Shown here in pieces: positions 1 through 13,562 of a DNA stretch of 64,000 nt; positions within the stretch are counted from its first letter, which is position 1; the number at the start of each line of letters is the position of its first letter. The notes under the pieces are model-generated. The model was not told the DNA's origin. It saw only the letters and a list, made by a program, of their open reading frames with translations, and ran no database searches. Location of the stretch: the NCBI GenBank assembly GCA_043228905.1, contig JBHGNT010000003.1:3472001-3536000 (forward strand), read 5' to 3'. This stretch comes from Azolla caroliniana. Taxonomy: Eukaryota > Plantae > Polypodiophyta. Made by a program: the position numbers and the translations under genes.

Positions 1-545
1 CTCTTTCTCGCCCACTAAACCCTAAAACCCTAAGTTCATCTCGTGTTTTCAATTGAACCAAGGAGAAACCTCGTGGCTCTACATCATGCCCACATACCTC
101 TTTCTCGCCCACTAAACCCTAAAACCCTAAGTTCATCTCATGTTTTCAATTGAACCAAGGAGAAACCTCGTGGCTCTAGGTATGCGAGGGTGTGTGTGTG
201 TATGGCTAACTTGGGAAACCACTTAAAGCCTTGAGTTCGTCTCGTGTATTCATATGTAGGGAAGAAGAAAGCTTATGGCTTCATGTATGGTGTGTTTGTG
301 TGTGAGTGTGTAGCTCACTCAAAACCCATCTAAAACCATAGGTTTGCCTCGTGTATTCAATGTAAGGAAGAAGAAAACTTATGGTATCAAGTATGGTGTG
401 GTGTGTCACATGTGTAGCTAACCAGTAAACCACCTAAAGCCCTGAGTTTGTCTCATGTATTCATTATAAGAAGAAAGCTTATGGCTTCAAGTTGTGTGTG
501 TGTGTGGCTAATTCAGGAACCACCTAAAACCCTAAGTTTGTCACA
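1..545. repeat. Degenerate tandem array of ~97-115 bp units with CCCTAAAACCCTAA-like motifs and (GT)n spacers
   Basis: 1-80 is repeated almost exactly at 98-177. The core 'ctaaa(g/a)cc.t(g/a)agtt.gtctc.tgtattca' recurs near 220, 330, 435 and 525. Confidence 0.8.
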
Positions 546-1174
546 AGCTCATTGCTTCTTATGGACAAGCGCAACCAGCAGCACAATGATTTTCTAAAAC
601 TAGACTTTTATGATATCTCCCTCATATGAGTTCGTAGCAAACTATGGGAGCATATTTCAAAATAACATTATTATGAGTGTTGATTATAAGCTCTCAAAAT
701 TCAAACATAATTATGAGTGGAGGCAGACCCAACTAGAAGAGAAACAAAACTTCCAATTGTATTTTTGTCTTGTCCTTTTATCTGAAGATAAGAATCGTAT
801 GAAATGGGCATAAGAACATTTGCCAATGCTACAAAGACAGAATTAGTTTTAATAATGTGTCACACGGTACACTAAATGCAAGGTGCCAACAAGAAATTTA
901 ACAAGTTATCTTCTTCATGGTAGTTTTGTCTAAGAAAATTTAGAATTTTCTTTTCTTCGATATGCTTTTTCTCTTATTAGACATCTTTCTCGGATTCTTT
1001 TTCCTTTTTCTTTTTACATTCACATATGCCTTTGTATTTGACATATTCTCTTAAGAAATGATTTCAAATCAAGTTCCTATTAACTCGCATTGTTTCCATT
1101 TTCTGCCATGGCCACTGATATTTCTTTGCATTTAACTTTAATCATTGTTGAAAATACAGATCTTTTAACACATT

Positions 1175-4100
1175 CTACATGAGCAAAGTGCAAGCATCAT
1201 TCCTTGCTATGAAGTGGGTACATAACACATTTCGAAACACTTTTATACATTGTTCACTCCAACCATGACAAATGGCTGCAAGGGTGAAAGAATGTTGCAA
1301 GGCACACAATGCACAAAGTAGCATTGGCACTCGATGTCTTATCCATGATTCTCTGGTGACAAAGTTATCTTTAGAATCAAATGTTGTAACTATAGATGAA
1401 ATCTCATTGATATCAAATGGAGTTATTATGGATGAAAGGAACAAAGAGCTACCTCGAACCACTGGCCATATCAAATCCACTAATTTCTGCAGAATTTCAA
1501 CAATGAATGACTCAAGCTGCTCATCCATGTCAGTATTGAGTCTTGCTTCAGCACCCAAAAACTCTTTGAGATCACACCGCAATAATTTCTCCACGAAAGC
1601 ATTGTCATTACTATGCAAATACACATGAAACTTCTTATGCTCAGATATGGTATCAATGTCAAAACATCGATCTAATTCGGTCCATGCTCTTATAAGGGAT
1701 TTGCCACACTCTAACCAGAAACGAGAAGCCAAATCGATCAATCCAACCTCTCCAGAGTTGTAAAAGTTCTGAACACATCCTGCTAATATAAGTGCATATG
1801 CAGCCGAGGATAATGCAAAACGTGCAATTCGACTCTCATTTTTTACATCTCCTTGGCGATTAATGTCGGAAATGTTCTGTTCATCTTCTTGGTGATCATA
1901 TCCGGCAGCAAGAATCTTGTATGAAGAAGATAAAACCATGTAGATGTCCAAGCATGAGCGATGCATCAGCAAAGGTAGATTTTCACAAAAACGGCCTTCA
2001 CGAGTTTCTTGTATAATCTTAAATAATGCATGCTCTAGAACATTACAACAAATGTGTGGATTGTCATTGGTCATTAGTTCGTTGAGCCCATGTTCAAACT
2101 CATCTTGTAATTCATGTTCCAAGCATTCACTTTCACTTCCTATCATAACAACATAACATTAACAAACTCAGTAGATTGATGAGTGTTAGATCTCTCATCT
2201 CTATGTCCAGCCATTAGTCAAACAATAAGAATTGAAATAAATATCTGAATCTTGCAAAAAAAACCAACAAAACACCCCTAACTTGTTTGGACACGGTTCA
2301 CAGGGGTACTGCGGTCTCTTCAGAAAACTTCCTAAAACAATATCCAAAAAGTTGAGGGTTTTTTGGTGTTTTCCCTACAATCTAATTTGAGTTGAAAGCG
2401 CGATATTGTTTTGTTTTGAGATGTTAATGCTAACCTTCAATGTTAACCACAACTGGCTAGGGTCTCATGGGATGTTTATTTGAAACCTAACGTAAGTTTG
2501 TAAAGATTTACCTGGAAGACCAACCTTTCCAAGAGAGTTATCGGCATAACCCATCGGAGTCATGCTGCATCTCTCACACTTACAATCAAAACGATACTTA
2601 ATCCATAGTTCCACCATCCTTGTATTCTGATGAAAAGCTTCCATTTATCAAAACCCATTGATGCTTCATCAAATGAATATATATAACTTCATAAGGCAAT
2701 CATATGGGATTCATTGTACCCTAGGTTGAAGAAGATCAATGTATGAAATGTAAACCGGATCGAGCTCTAGGATGTCACAAATAGATCGGAGGTGAAGTCG
2801 AGGGCCATATTGGTTGGAAACTACATATATATAAACCACATGGTTTGATATTAGATTCATTAAGCAGTTAAAATGCCAAAATTTTGGAATAAATTTTGGA
2901 ATATAACTATCATCTGCAAAGAATGAGAATATATTGAAACCATTGAATGGAAACCAATAAGACATAACAAGAAAGATATCTAGACTACATTGAAAACAAC
3001 TAATACTGTACACATATACATGTACATACTATATGCAACCTGCATAGACAGACCAAACAACATAAAAACAAAATGGAAGCAACAATACTTTATAACAGTA
3101 GAGTGCTGAAGTGCAATTGCTACAGAGTTTCAACTCATGTGATCCTACGCAAGTAGATACATATATTGAACCTGCATATGCATAGATAGACCAAATAACA
3201 TAAAAAGACAATGAAAGCAATAACATTATATCATAGTCGAGCGCTGAAGTGCAATTACAACAGAGTTTCATATCACGTGCTCCAGAGCAAGCAGATAGAG
3301 ATATAACCGACACAACAAGTGGCTTGAATAGTTTCGACAACCTTACTTATCTCAAATAATGTTTTTTTAAGCACATGGAGTTAATTACGCCTAGCATCTA
3401 ACTCAAATAATGCATTACCTCCTGACCTATCCACTCCGTTATCCGCTGTACATGGTCTACCAACACTTGTGCAAATAGATATACATATACATATACGTAT
3501 ATGTATACATATCACACCAACATATACATATGCAAATGCAATGTGCATGTACATTGTGTTCTCAAACTCAAGAAAGAGACGAATTTGCAAATAAGATTTC
3601 ATGTAAGAAAAAGGTTGTTTTTTAAAACTTGCCTGGTTGAGAGAAGAATCGCAACCCCCAAGCTTCCTTGAGCTCATCTGAGATGTCCACATCAGGAAGA
3701 AGACCAATGTCACGACCAGTGTCATCATCGCAATTGACAGTTGAGTTTCCGAGAAGGAAGGTATAGTATGCATTCGGGCGGCAACTGTGATTGATCCAGG
3801 AGAATAAAGGACCATAGATAGCTGAGCCGAGATGACCATCAAATCTATGAGAAGAATGACCATCAAAATCACTACAATCAGTACTAGTACTATTCTGACT
3901 GCCTCCAAAGGGCATTGTTAGGGGGTCCATTGGTATGTGCACCCCATTAGTGACCACTTGACAGATCACTTCTTCTAAAAGCAATATTTCTTCAGCATAA
4001 GATCTACGAGTGCTTTTCATTTGATGATAGTGTTTTGATACTGGTGAAGATATCAATGATTGCCTTGCCTTATACATGAGCAAAACATTTGATTTTAATT

Positions 4101-4710
4101 CGCTGGAAAATCTACATACCTCTTCTTCTATTTCTTCTTGCTCTACTTTTAAATTTGCTTGCTCTTGCTCGTTCTTTATGATTTCTGTGTCATCTGATAC
4201 CATTCCGAGAAGATTCGATCGATTGCTCATTAATCCGCTGAGCCGAGAATCATAAGGATAAATCTCCGGGCTTCTTTCTCTTCTTTTTTCTAATAACAAG
4301 AAGTGGTCCGAAACGTTAAGCTTTTCGTAGAAAGCAAGAAGACGCAGAGCAAGGCGAAGATCACAACAATCAAAAGGATCAGAATCAGGCAACGAAGGCG
4401 AGGATGAAATAAGAGAGAGAAGGGAGCATTCGGCGGAATGGAGGTGAAGCGGAAGATCTAAGTCTCTACAGATTGAGGAACAATAAAGAATTCTTCCATT
4501 GCAGGGGCCATGGCAAGGGAAGCCCATTGTTGATGATGATGATGATGATGCTGATAGATAAGAGAAGCAAGCAGAGCAGAATTGAGAGAGATAAGCATCA
4601 GAGAGACAAGATGCCCATGGATGCAATGGTTGAGGAAACAGAGAAGAACCCATTGGAAGAGACCTTGAGGAGGAGGAGGATGAGGAGAATGACAGACACA
4701 TACCCACCAT
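1175..4710 (-). CDS. SDG41: SET-domain / MYND-type zinc finger protein, SET DOMAIN GROUP 41-like (SMYD class), ~752 aa; join complement(4710..3633, 2820..2720, 2626..2512, 2139..1175)
   Basis: N-terminus LFPQPLHPWASCLSDAYLSQFCSACF matches the SDG41 start as I recall it. Other motifs: MYND-like cysteines (YCSSIC...HSAEC), SET motif FSWINHSCRPNA, GPRLHLRSI...ISYIDLLQP, and post-SET ELWIKYRFDCKCERC. Splice phases 1, 0, 1 are all compatible and the total of 2259 nt is divisible by 3. Confidence 0.88.
3030..3300. repeat. Two diverged tandem copies of ~135-140 bp in SDG41 intron 1
   Basis: 'gcatagacagaccaaacaacataaaaa...gctgaagtgcaatt...acagagtttca' occurs at ~3040-3135 and again at ~3180-3270. 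Confidence 0.8.
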
Positions 4711-5001
4711 GGTAATTTCTTCTTCTGCTGCTGCTGCTTCTCTGCTTCTTCTTCTTCACAAACAAGTTTCCATAGCCAAAAACTTGTGGAGTTCTAAGTT
4801 TGGGTGTGTTTTGAGATTTGAACACAAGACCCAACAAAAACTCTAGTCCAAACAACTAAGTCTTAAGAAACAAGACACAACATTTTCCGCAACACGCGAG
4901 GAGGAGGTTCCGCAAGGTTCCGAACTACGCACATGAATGATTTGTAATGGCATTCCGCTAGGTTTCGTGTTCCAATTATGTACATCTAATGTATGTAGGT
5001 G

Positions 5002-5317
5002 TAAAAGTTGGCAACAGCTCGGTTCAAGCTTAAACCAAGTTGTTAAACCATTTTGATATGGTTTGGCGGTTCAGCTCGACTCGGTTCAACCTTGAGCTTC
5101 ACAAATCTATTGGAGCTTGGTTTGGCAAGGCTCAAGTTGAACCAAACTGGATATGTCAAAACCAGTTGAGCCTTAAACCAATTTGGTTCAACTTTGAAAA
5201 CTTCCAAACCGATTAAGCCAAAAGGGAACCATTGTAAACCGGTTTAGGAAACGATTTGGTTCAAGTTTGAAAACTTCCAAACCGTTTAAGCCGAAACCAA
5301 ACCGTTGCCGATTCTTA
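5002..5317. mobile_element. hAT-like MITE, family A (TAGGGATCGGCAAC TIR), ~290 bp upstream of the SDG41 start
   Basis: Degenerate TIRs taaaagttggcaac ... gttgccgattctta, AAACC/GGTTT subterminal repeats, and homology to 30605-31293. Confidence 0.75.
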
Positions 5318-5630
5318 CGTACGTACACAAATGATGATGTGCATTGTATTGTAGCCACATGAGGTGCGTGTCTACATACGTTAAGGATGATATACTTTCT
5401 ATACTTACCTAAGAGAAAATCGTGCAAAGCCACGCTTGCATAATGCCCAAGAAGACACGAGCTCCTCACACACACACATACACTCAATTAAGGCTCATTC
5501 CGCAAACCTCATATTGTTACTCCTACTACTACACCTCACTAGGTATTTGTGCTAAGGATCCATCAAACATCTCACCTTTGATGTTGCAGTTTGAGGTTAC
5601 ATGCAATACTCCTCATAGAAGTAGGGTGAT

Positions 5631-5918
5631 TGTTACGTGCATGACCATAAAGTATCCCATGTTAAGTTATATTGTAGTATTTTGCACATGAGGATAACAT
5701 GTGAGGGTTAACCAAGAGTGTAAAGAAGGTAGGATTACTTTTATGGTCATGCTCGTAACATAAAGTTCACACTTGGCCCTCATGGGTTGTCTCAATTCCT
5801 TCGATTAAAAGTAATCCTCCCTTCTTTACACTCTTGATTAACCCTCACACATTATCCTCGTGTGCAGAATACTATGGTATAACTTACCAAGGGATACTTT
5901 ATGGTCATGCCCGTAATA
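5631..5918. mobile_element. Foldback insertion with ~113-bp inverted arms
   Basis: 5631-5743 is the reverse complement of 5806-5918. Flanks are gtgat/ctgat. The neighbouring host repeat unit (~5960-6030) shows the empty site. Confidence 0.8.
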
Positions 5919-7559
5919 CTGATAGATAAATAGATCTCTTTTTAACAATCAAAGAGACTCGTTGCAATACTCCTCAAAGAAGTGGAGTAATAGATAGATA
6001 AATCTCTTTTTAACATTCAAGTAAACTCTTTGCAATCTATGAGAGAGAAAGAAAGTGTTATCTATGAGAGAGATAGAGAGAGCCCTAAGGTGTTTACTTG
6101 GAGGGTTTGCATGGTGGGTGGATTACTCTAGGAGTTGCTTTGCAAAGACCATGCATCAGATCTAGAATGTATTTGTTTTGCACTATTTCAAAGGAACATA
6201 GTAAACACCAGATTATCAGTTATCCAGTGGCAAGGGATATTTAGACATTTGTATGCACAATGTTGGCTTCAATAAGTATCTACATCCCCATGCATCAATC
6301 GCAAGGTGGTTCAAGTAAGAAGCAAGCTCTTGATAAAAATACTTAAGCACATTACATCTTTAGTGTCCTTGCCAGGGATTATAATTTATAACCACTACTT
6401 TGCAGCTAGTGGCAAGCTTTTCATAAGCTCCCACATCTACGCTTAGCTAAGGAGATGAGGAACAACTACCTCCAACCATCAAATGCTACATTTTTTTTGT
6501 TGTTTGGGAAAGGGCAAAAGTTAGTCCCTGGCTCTAGTTCCACCTGTGGGAATAACTTCATGATCTTATCACAAATTTGATTATGTTAAGATATCAATAA
6601 GAGCCACGTTGAATGATCAATTCATTTGTTTTGAGATGTTACAATTTTTATCTACCTAATCATTGTTGCAAATCATAGACCCCTGAAAGTCAACTTCGGT
6701 GGAAGTGGATATTTATTCTTTCGCAATAAGGGTTTTGCTCCAACTTGGAAGACCTATTGCATATTGAAGTAATATGGCTCGTTGCTTTTGAAATCAATAA
6801 AGGTTGATAAAAGTATTCGACTTATGAGTGAAAGTTATTCGACTCATGTGATGTGAAACTTGAGATTTTGTTTGACCATAAAAACATTGGGTGGTTGGTA
6901 AATCCGATATTATCTGAGGGTTGATGACCAAAAATGGTGTATAAGGTAATGTAGATGCTCTTAGTTGTATTCTCGTCATATTGATGTTTTTTAATTGATT
7001 CATATAACTAATGAGGACATTTTTCATTGGAGTTTCCTGTCAAACGATTTTATTGAGATTAGCACATTTATCTTATCAAAAGTTAGTCAACTATTTTTAG
7101 TTGGGGGTGTTAAACAAAATGCTATTATTCAATGCAGTCTATCATTGTGCAATGGATGAGCAAACTAGTGGTGTCACGTGAGTTGTAGATATTGTGTGCA
7201 TATGTTGATGTTGATATTGAATGCTTATTTGTTTGCCAAAAATGTTATGTGAATCCTAGATTTTGTGTGCATGTGTTAATGTTGATCAAATGATATCGGA
7301 GGCTTATTTGTCTCCCTAAGTGTTTGGGTATAATATTGCATAATCTGTTTCTACAAGGTAAATGCCTTCCATGGCATGTAATATTTCTAATCACCTTCAC
7401 TAAGATCAATTGAACTGGATAAAGAAAAACTACCAATATTTAGGACTTTGTTTGACAACACCAATATATGTTGAACATGAAGCGTAGGTTTGTACCTTTT
7501 GAAGGCGGAAATCATGTGTATCTCAAAGGTCATTAGAATTATAGATGATTATGATCAAC

Positions 7560-7975
7560 CAAGTTCCAAAGCTATCAACATATTATTGTAGGTCATCTCC
7601 AAATATTGTAATTCAAATATATAGATGATTTAACTTCATCTAGTAAGGTTCGTCTTGTTTTTCGTGTTAGCCAATTAAATCAGTGTTTCAAATTATTTGA
7701 ATAAAGTTGCTTCATAATCTCTTAAGGAAAGATAAAAAACTAAGAATAAAGTTTCATATTTAGTAAAGATGTTAGTAGTTACCACTTGAGCCCAAACTTG
7801 TGCTAGATGTACATGGAAAACAAGAGAGTCACAATGTTTGTTGTAAGATCCTAGTTAAGTGGCAATGTGTCGATGAATCAACCATGAAAGGTTCACACTT
7901 CAAATCCACACTTCACAAAAGATTCCCCAACTTATGTTTGATGACGAAAACAACTTTCGAAGGGGGGAGGGTAAA
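7560..7975 (+). mobile_element. Decayed Ty3/Gypsy chromovirus integrase C-terminus/chromodomain and polypurine tract
   Basis: KVRLVFRVSQLN (VFHVSxLK-like), ILVKWQ...ST..., RFPNL...FEGG ending in the PPT gaaggggggaggg. The surrounding 6.1-10.3 kb looks like older retroelement debris that I could not resolve. Confidence 0.6.
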
Positions 7976-10900
7976 GACTAAGATAGTCCCAACATGATAT
8001 TCATGTGTTGTACCAATGCTTAGGGATAAATATGTAGCCCCAAGTCTGAAACCTAGGGAAAACATTTGAGCATGGAGGAATATGACAATGTATTGGATGC
8101 GTACGATGAGAGTCACTATTTGTTAAGTCGTTGTCTTAGAATATGGATACGCGATGCAACATTAAATAGGGACAAAGAAGGCTCCATTTTGTACGAAGAA
8201 TGACCATTGGTCTATCTATTCCATGTTGATGTGTGATTGTAATTCCATGGCCTTCAATCATGAGGCAATGAGCTCGTTCATAGATGCTCCATATGTGGTA
8301 ACTAGGTTGAGTTTTTCATGATCCATTTTGCCAATGAGAAAAAATATCACAATCTCTACTTCCTTTCAACTACATTGATATTTTATGCCCAATGCCTAAC
8401 CTTTCATAGTGCATCTTTGATTGTCATATATCAACAATGCTATATTATTTCCCTTTTCACGCTCTTCAAAGAGATTTACTGGGTCTTAGTAGGATATCCA
8501 AAATATTTGTAATCATAATCTAAACTCATTCCAAGAGGAAGAGTCATTTGGAGAAAGACTTGTTTGTTGATACAATAGTTAAAGGTAACCATAAGCCAAT
8601 TTGTAAAAAGAGAGTTGACTTTCGTGATATTGGATACTTATAATTGCGCACCTCTAACAATGCTTTTGAGCCATTTTTCAGGTCAAGCCATGCACTTTTA
8701 TGAAAAGGAAATGGTGGATATTGAAATTTGAATCCCTATTGCTCAGAATCAATGTTTTTATTCAAGTCGGTGTCCAACAATACTATACCTTCTATATTAT
8801 TGCGTCAAGCATGCATTATATGTGCATCTCTTGGAATATCTCTTCCGCAAAGTATATATATCATAATAAATAAAAAACGCATAATTATAGAAATTGTTGA
8901 TCAAACTCTCCATCCCATAGAAGTACATATACATTTATTATTATCATGTATTTATCCTAACATGTGGTGAGCCATAAATGATGTCGATCACAACAAATTA
9001 AGTAAGCATCATCACCCAATTAATTTGATCGCCAAAGAGATATAGAGAGTATGTATTATTCCCTCCCACCTATATGTATGGTAGCCCAAGATTCCATGAT
9101 AGGGATATTTTATGTACTTTATTAAAAATAGTGAGAAGGTGAAGAATATAACATTGCTTAGCTTGTCCAATGCGCATGGATGATGGATAAATTTAGTACA
9201 ATGATATCAACATGCCACAATTATCAAGAAATGATCAATAAGAATATCATACTTATTAGAAATAATCACAGGAACCTGCAATAGGTCAGTCTCTTCAATG
9301 TTTGAACTTTGCATCACGACTTGTAAACTTGTCATAAATCATATATATATGCCATGGTTATCCTTAGATAGGCATTTACATATACCACCATTGACTATCG
9401 CAACGACATAAAGATATTAAAAAAATAACCAATATGGAAGTATAGAGAAATATGAAGCGCAAGTCTCGAGTGGGCATTTCATAGTGAATGTGAATGACTC
9501 TATTCTATGCGAGGTTTGCATTGTAAGTAATTTATTATGATCATCTCATTCCACAAACTCTTTACTAGAGTGTACATCCATGAAACCTCAACCTTATGTT
9601 ACTCAATTATGTTCAAGCATCTAGATGAATAAGATGCCAAGAGTTTTCTCTTGTGTAGTAGAAGACTCTCTCATCATAGTTGTTGGCATTATCATGTGTC
9701 CAAAGAGCATCGAGGAGAACAATGTTAACAATATGCATCAAAGTCTATAAACTTGGGAATTATTTCCTTCAGACTTTCACTTGTTTATATAGAAGGTTAT
9801 GATTCTTTCCTACATAAATGTTTCCCTAGAACGTCACATGAGTTGGCCAATGATTTTGAGATGCCATTGGTTTTTAATGCTTCTAAAATCTCATTGGAAA
9901 ACTACACAAGGGGGGCTTACAAGAGAGGATTAACATCCACAAATACCTAGTCAACATCAACTTTGAGACCAATCACATTGAAGACAACTTACATTGTCAC
10001 TTTATAATAATCCTTCTTCATACTCCACAAACCAAACATTTCACCATTACATCCATCTACCGAATGACAACACATCTCCTCAAAGAATGTGAACATTTGA
10101 AGTTTTGACCAATATTTGCCCATTTCTCGAGTGGTTAGGGGCATGAAATTTTGAATAATTACAATTGACATTGATATTTCTTTAGCCATAGCCAAGTTTT
10201 GCTAAAATAGTCACACCTCCCCATCTCAATCATGCACAAACACACTCCTCTCTCCCCGACATTGGATAATGGATGCTTTATAATTTTGAGCTCGATGGGA
10301 CAAGCTCTCAATCAACAATTTCTTTGACTATAGTGAGGGTTTAAATAAAAAAATCAAGACATGTCCAATCAAATTGAGCTATACTTTTCAAATGGATAGA
10401 CTCCTCGATTCCAACTTTGAATGATCATATATATATATATATATATTATAGATGTTATATGGCATTATATATAAAAAAACATGTTAGATGGCATCATATA
10501 TTGTAGGGGCTAAATACATAACCTTATGGTCTCCAATTGGCAACCTTTACAACTACTACGTTCATTTGGCCACCATGCTCAATCGGTCTAGTCTCCCCTT
10601 GATGTGCAAGAGTCCATCATGTTTATAGGTCTAGTTTTTCCTTGATATGTGAGATTCCATCATGTCTATCAATCTAGTTTCGCCTTGTTTTCAAGAGGCA
10701 ACATATGCTTACAAATTTGTATATGTTCTCCCTATGTGTGGTTGAAGAGACATTGCGACATTGCGACTCAAGAGATTGTTTCCTCTTTGATCCGTCTTGT
10801 CTCGAAGTGTAAGAGAAAAAAGTAACGGGATAGTTCATAAGAAAAGAAACGGGGAAGGAAGGAAGGAAGTAAAAAGGTCCAAAAAAGAGGAACAAAATGG

Positions 10901-11076
10901 GAATGTTTTGATGCTAGGGCTATAGATATGTCTATGTTTAAACTTTAGACTATAATGTAGGCTATATATAGCTATCTATCTAAATATATAGGCTACATGG
11001 GCTATTTTATGTATACATATGCATATGTGTATGTATGTGTGTATGCATATGTGCATTATGTTTATGCATATGCATA

Positions 11077-11125
<49 letters not shown>

Positions 11126-11265
11126 GGTGTATTGTAAATTGTAATTTGTAAATGTAATGCATGGTAGGTACCTGTGTGTGAGTATATATACACATGTATT
11201 TTGTTGAGTGCATAGAGAGAGACATGGCTTTGGTAAGCTTTTGTAGTTCTAATTCTCTCTGATTA

Positions 11266-13562
11266 ATGATGGGTACCTTGCCTGATCTTGATGATGATAA
11301 TGACAAACCTCCAAATGGTCTTATTGTCATCACCAACAAAGAAGAAGCTTCTTATAAAACAGAGCAACTCAGAGTGCAGGTATTTATTTATGATTTATTT
11401 TGCATTTCCTTCTTTTCCTCTTGATACTCTGCTCTGCCATTTTCTTTGCCCTGTTTTATTCTTTCATAGTCCTCTGTTATTATTCTTCAAGTTTTCTCAA
11501 AGTTTTGACTTTGATTTTGTGCATAATCTTTTGATTTGTGTTTTGCTATTCTGTGTATTAGATAATAAAGGATTGGGGATTTGTAGGTTCAGAGTTAATG
11601 TTAATGCTATGCGTGTATTCATATTAGGGTTAGGATTTTACAGTTATTCATATACATATTCATACTGGAGTTAGGGTTTGGACATTATGCATATACATAT
11701 ACATATGGAGTTAGGGTTTTAAAGTTATTCATGTACATATTCATACTGGGTTTAGGCTTTATGGTTTAAAGGTTTGGGCATTAGGTATAGAGTTGAATGT
11801 TTAGGGTTTGGGATTTTAGAGTTTAGGGTTTAAGATTTAATGTATGGTATGTAAAATATATGGCATACATGCATGAATGGTATGTATGAATGATATGCAT
11901 GGCTATAATGTTGTGCTCTCTGTGCATGATGATTGGTGATAATGATAAGGCACACATGCATGAATGGTATGTATGAATGATATGTATGGCATAATGTTGT
12001 GCTTTCTGTGCATGATGATGGTGATGATGATAATGATGGACCATATATCTTAGGTAGTGGAGGAGCTAAAGAAGCTGGCTGGAATTGCTGTGCCAATTAC
12101 TGCCATGAACCTTGTGGTCTATGTCCGAGCCATGGTGTCCGTGCTATGCTTGGGCTGGCTAGGTGGCCTTGAACTCGCGGGCGGAGCCCTTTCAATAGGC
12201 TTCACTAACATAACTGGATACTCTGTTCTCTTTGGCCTTGCCTCTGGCATGGACCCTATATGTGGCCAAGCTTTTGGTGCTCAAAATTGGCCTCTAATTG
12301 GCCTAAGTCTTCAAAGGACCATCTTAATCCTCCTGTCCTCGACCATCCCGATCAGTGTTTTATGGCTAAACCTTGAGAGGATTTTGCTCGCACTCGGGCA
12401 AGACCCCAGCATTACCACGGTAGCGAGTGTTTATTGCCTCTACTCCATGCCAGACCTCTTGATCAACTCATTCTCGCAGCCTCTCCGAGTCTACATGCGG
12501 TCACAAGGCATCACAGCCCCAATGATGTGGTGCTCTGCTCTCGCAGTTTTGCTACATATCCCGTTGAATATACTACTCGTGTTTGTGATGAAGCTCGGGG
12601 TCCCCGGGGTAGCCATGGCAGCATGTTGGACGAATCTCAACATGTTGTTGTTTTTGGTCGGCTATTTGAAGTACTCTGGGGCATATAAGAGGACATGGAA
12701 AGGATGGCCAACTAAAGATGTATTCCGCGAATGGTGGCCATTGTTGAAGCTAGCCATTCCGAGTTGTTGCGCTATATGCTTAGAATGGTGGTGGTATGAG
12801 ATACTCACCATGCTCGCGGGGTATTTGGAGAACCCAAGAGAGGCGGTAGCAAGCACAGCCATATTAATACAAACAACCTCACTTATGTACACGATTCCTT
12901 TAGGCTTGAGCTCCTCGGTCTCGACACGGGTCGGGAATGAGTTGGGTAGGGGATCGGGAGAAGGGGCACGGCGTGCGGCCATTGTGGCTTTAGCTGTGTC
13001 CGGTCTAGTGGGAATCGGACATTTCGGGTGGGCCTCGGCATTGAGAAACACATGGGGCAGACTTTTCACGAGAGAGCAAAGTGTGTTACAGCTTACTGCT
13101 TCGGTCATGCCTTTGATAGGGCTTTGCGAGCTCGGGAACTGTCCTCAGACTACTGGGTGTGGAGTCTTGAGGGGAAGTGCTAGGCCGTCGAGCGCGGCCC
13201 GGATCAATTTGGGCTCTTTTTACTTGGTGGGTACGCCCGTGGCCGTATTCTTGGCCTTTCAAACCTCTCTAGGCTTTGCAGGCCTTTGGTTTGGGCTCTT
13301 GGCCGCACAAGTTGCGTGTGCCACATCCATACTCTATGTTGTTTTCTCTACCGATTGGTCTGCCGAGACGCATAATGCCCGGGAATTAAACCAAGCCTCG
13401 ATGGACCAACAACCGAAACTCGAACTCTCCACCAGTCATCTTCCGCCACATCATGCCCTTTTGCCAATATCTGATCTCCATCTCGATCTTGATCACGACC
13501 ATAACCACGATAACAATCTCGATGATGAAGAGAAAGTTGCTCTCATTGGTTCAACACCCTAA
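11266..13562 (+). CDS. DTX54: MATE (DETOXIFICATION) efflux transporter, DTX54/BIGE1-like, ~540 aa; join(11266..11379, 12054..13562)
   Basis: Q|VVEELK...PITAMNLVVYVRAMVSVLCLG.LG.LELAGGALSIGFTNITGYSV, CLEWWWYE and LCELGNCPQTTGCGVLRG are typical of the DTX48-56 clade. A phase-0 GT-AG intron (11380-12053) supplies a real ATG, whereas the ORF track starts at GTG. Confidence 0.92.
11860..12040. repeat. ~88-bp tandem duplication at the 3' end of the MATE intron
   Basis: 'ggca.acatgcatgaatggtatgtatgaatgatat...ataatgttgtgct.tctgtgcatgatgat' occurs twice. Confidence 0.85.

Noticed and set aside
3030-3300. Intronic snoRNA pair
   Set aside because: No convincing C/D or H/ACA boxes seen on the sense strand.
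1272-4855. Short ORFs overlapping SDG41 (e.g. 1272-1628, 3381-3908, 4473-4715)
   Set aside because: Antisense or alternate-frame shadows with no independent motifs.
8000-10300. Specific retroelement assignment
   Set aside because: Looks like ancient TE debris, but I could not read diagnostic motifs with confidence.
11620-11832. Interstitial telomere (TTAGGGTTT motifs; similar at 1-130 and 27660-27790)
   Set aside because: Scattered degenerate motifs, not a contiguous TTTAGGG array.
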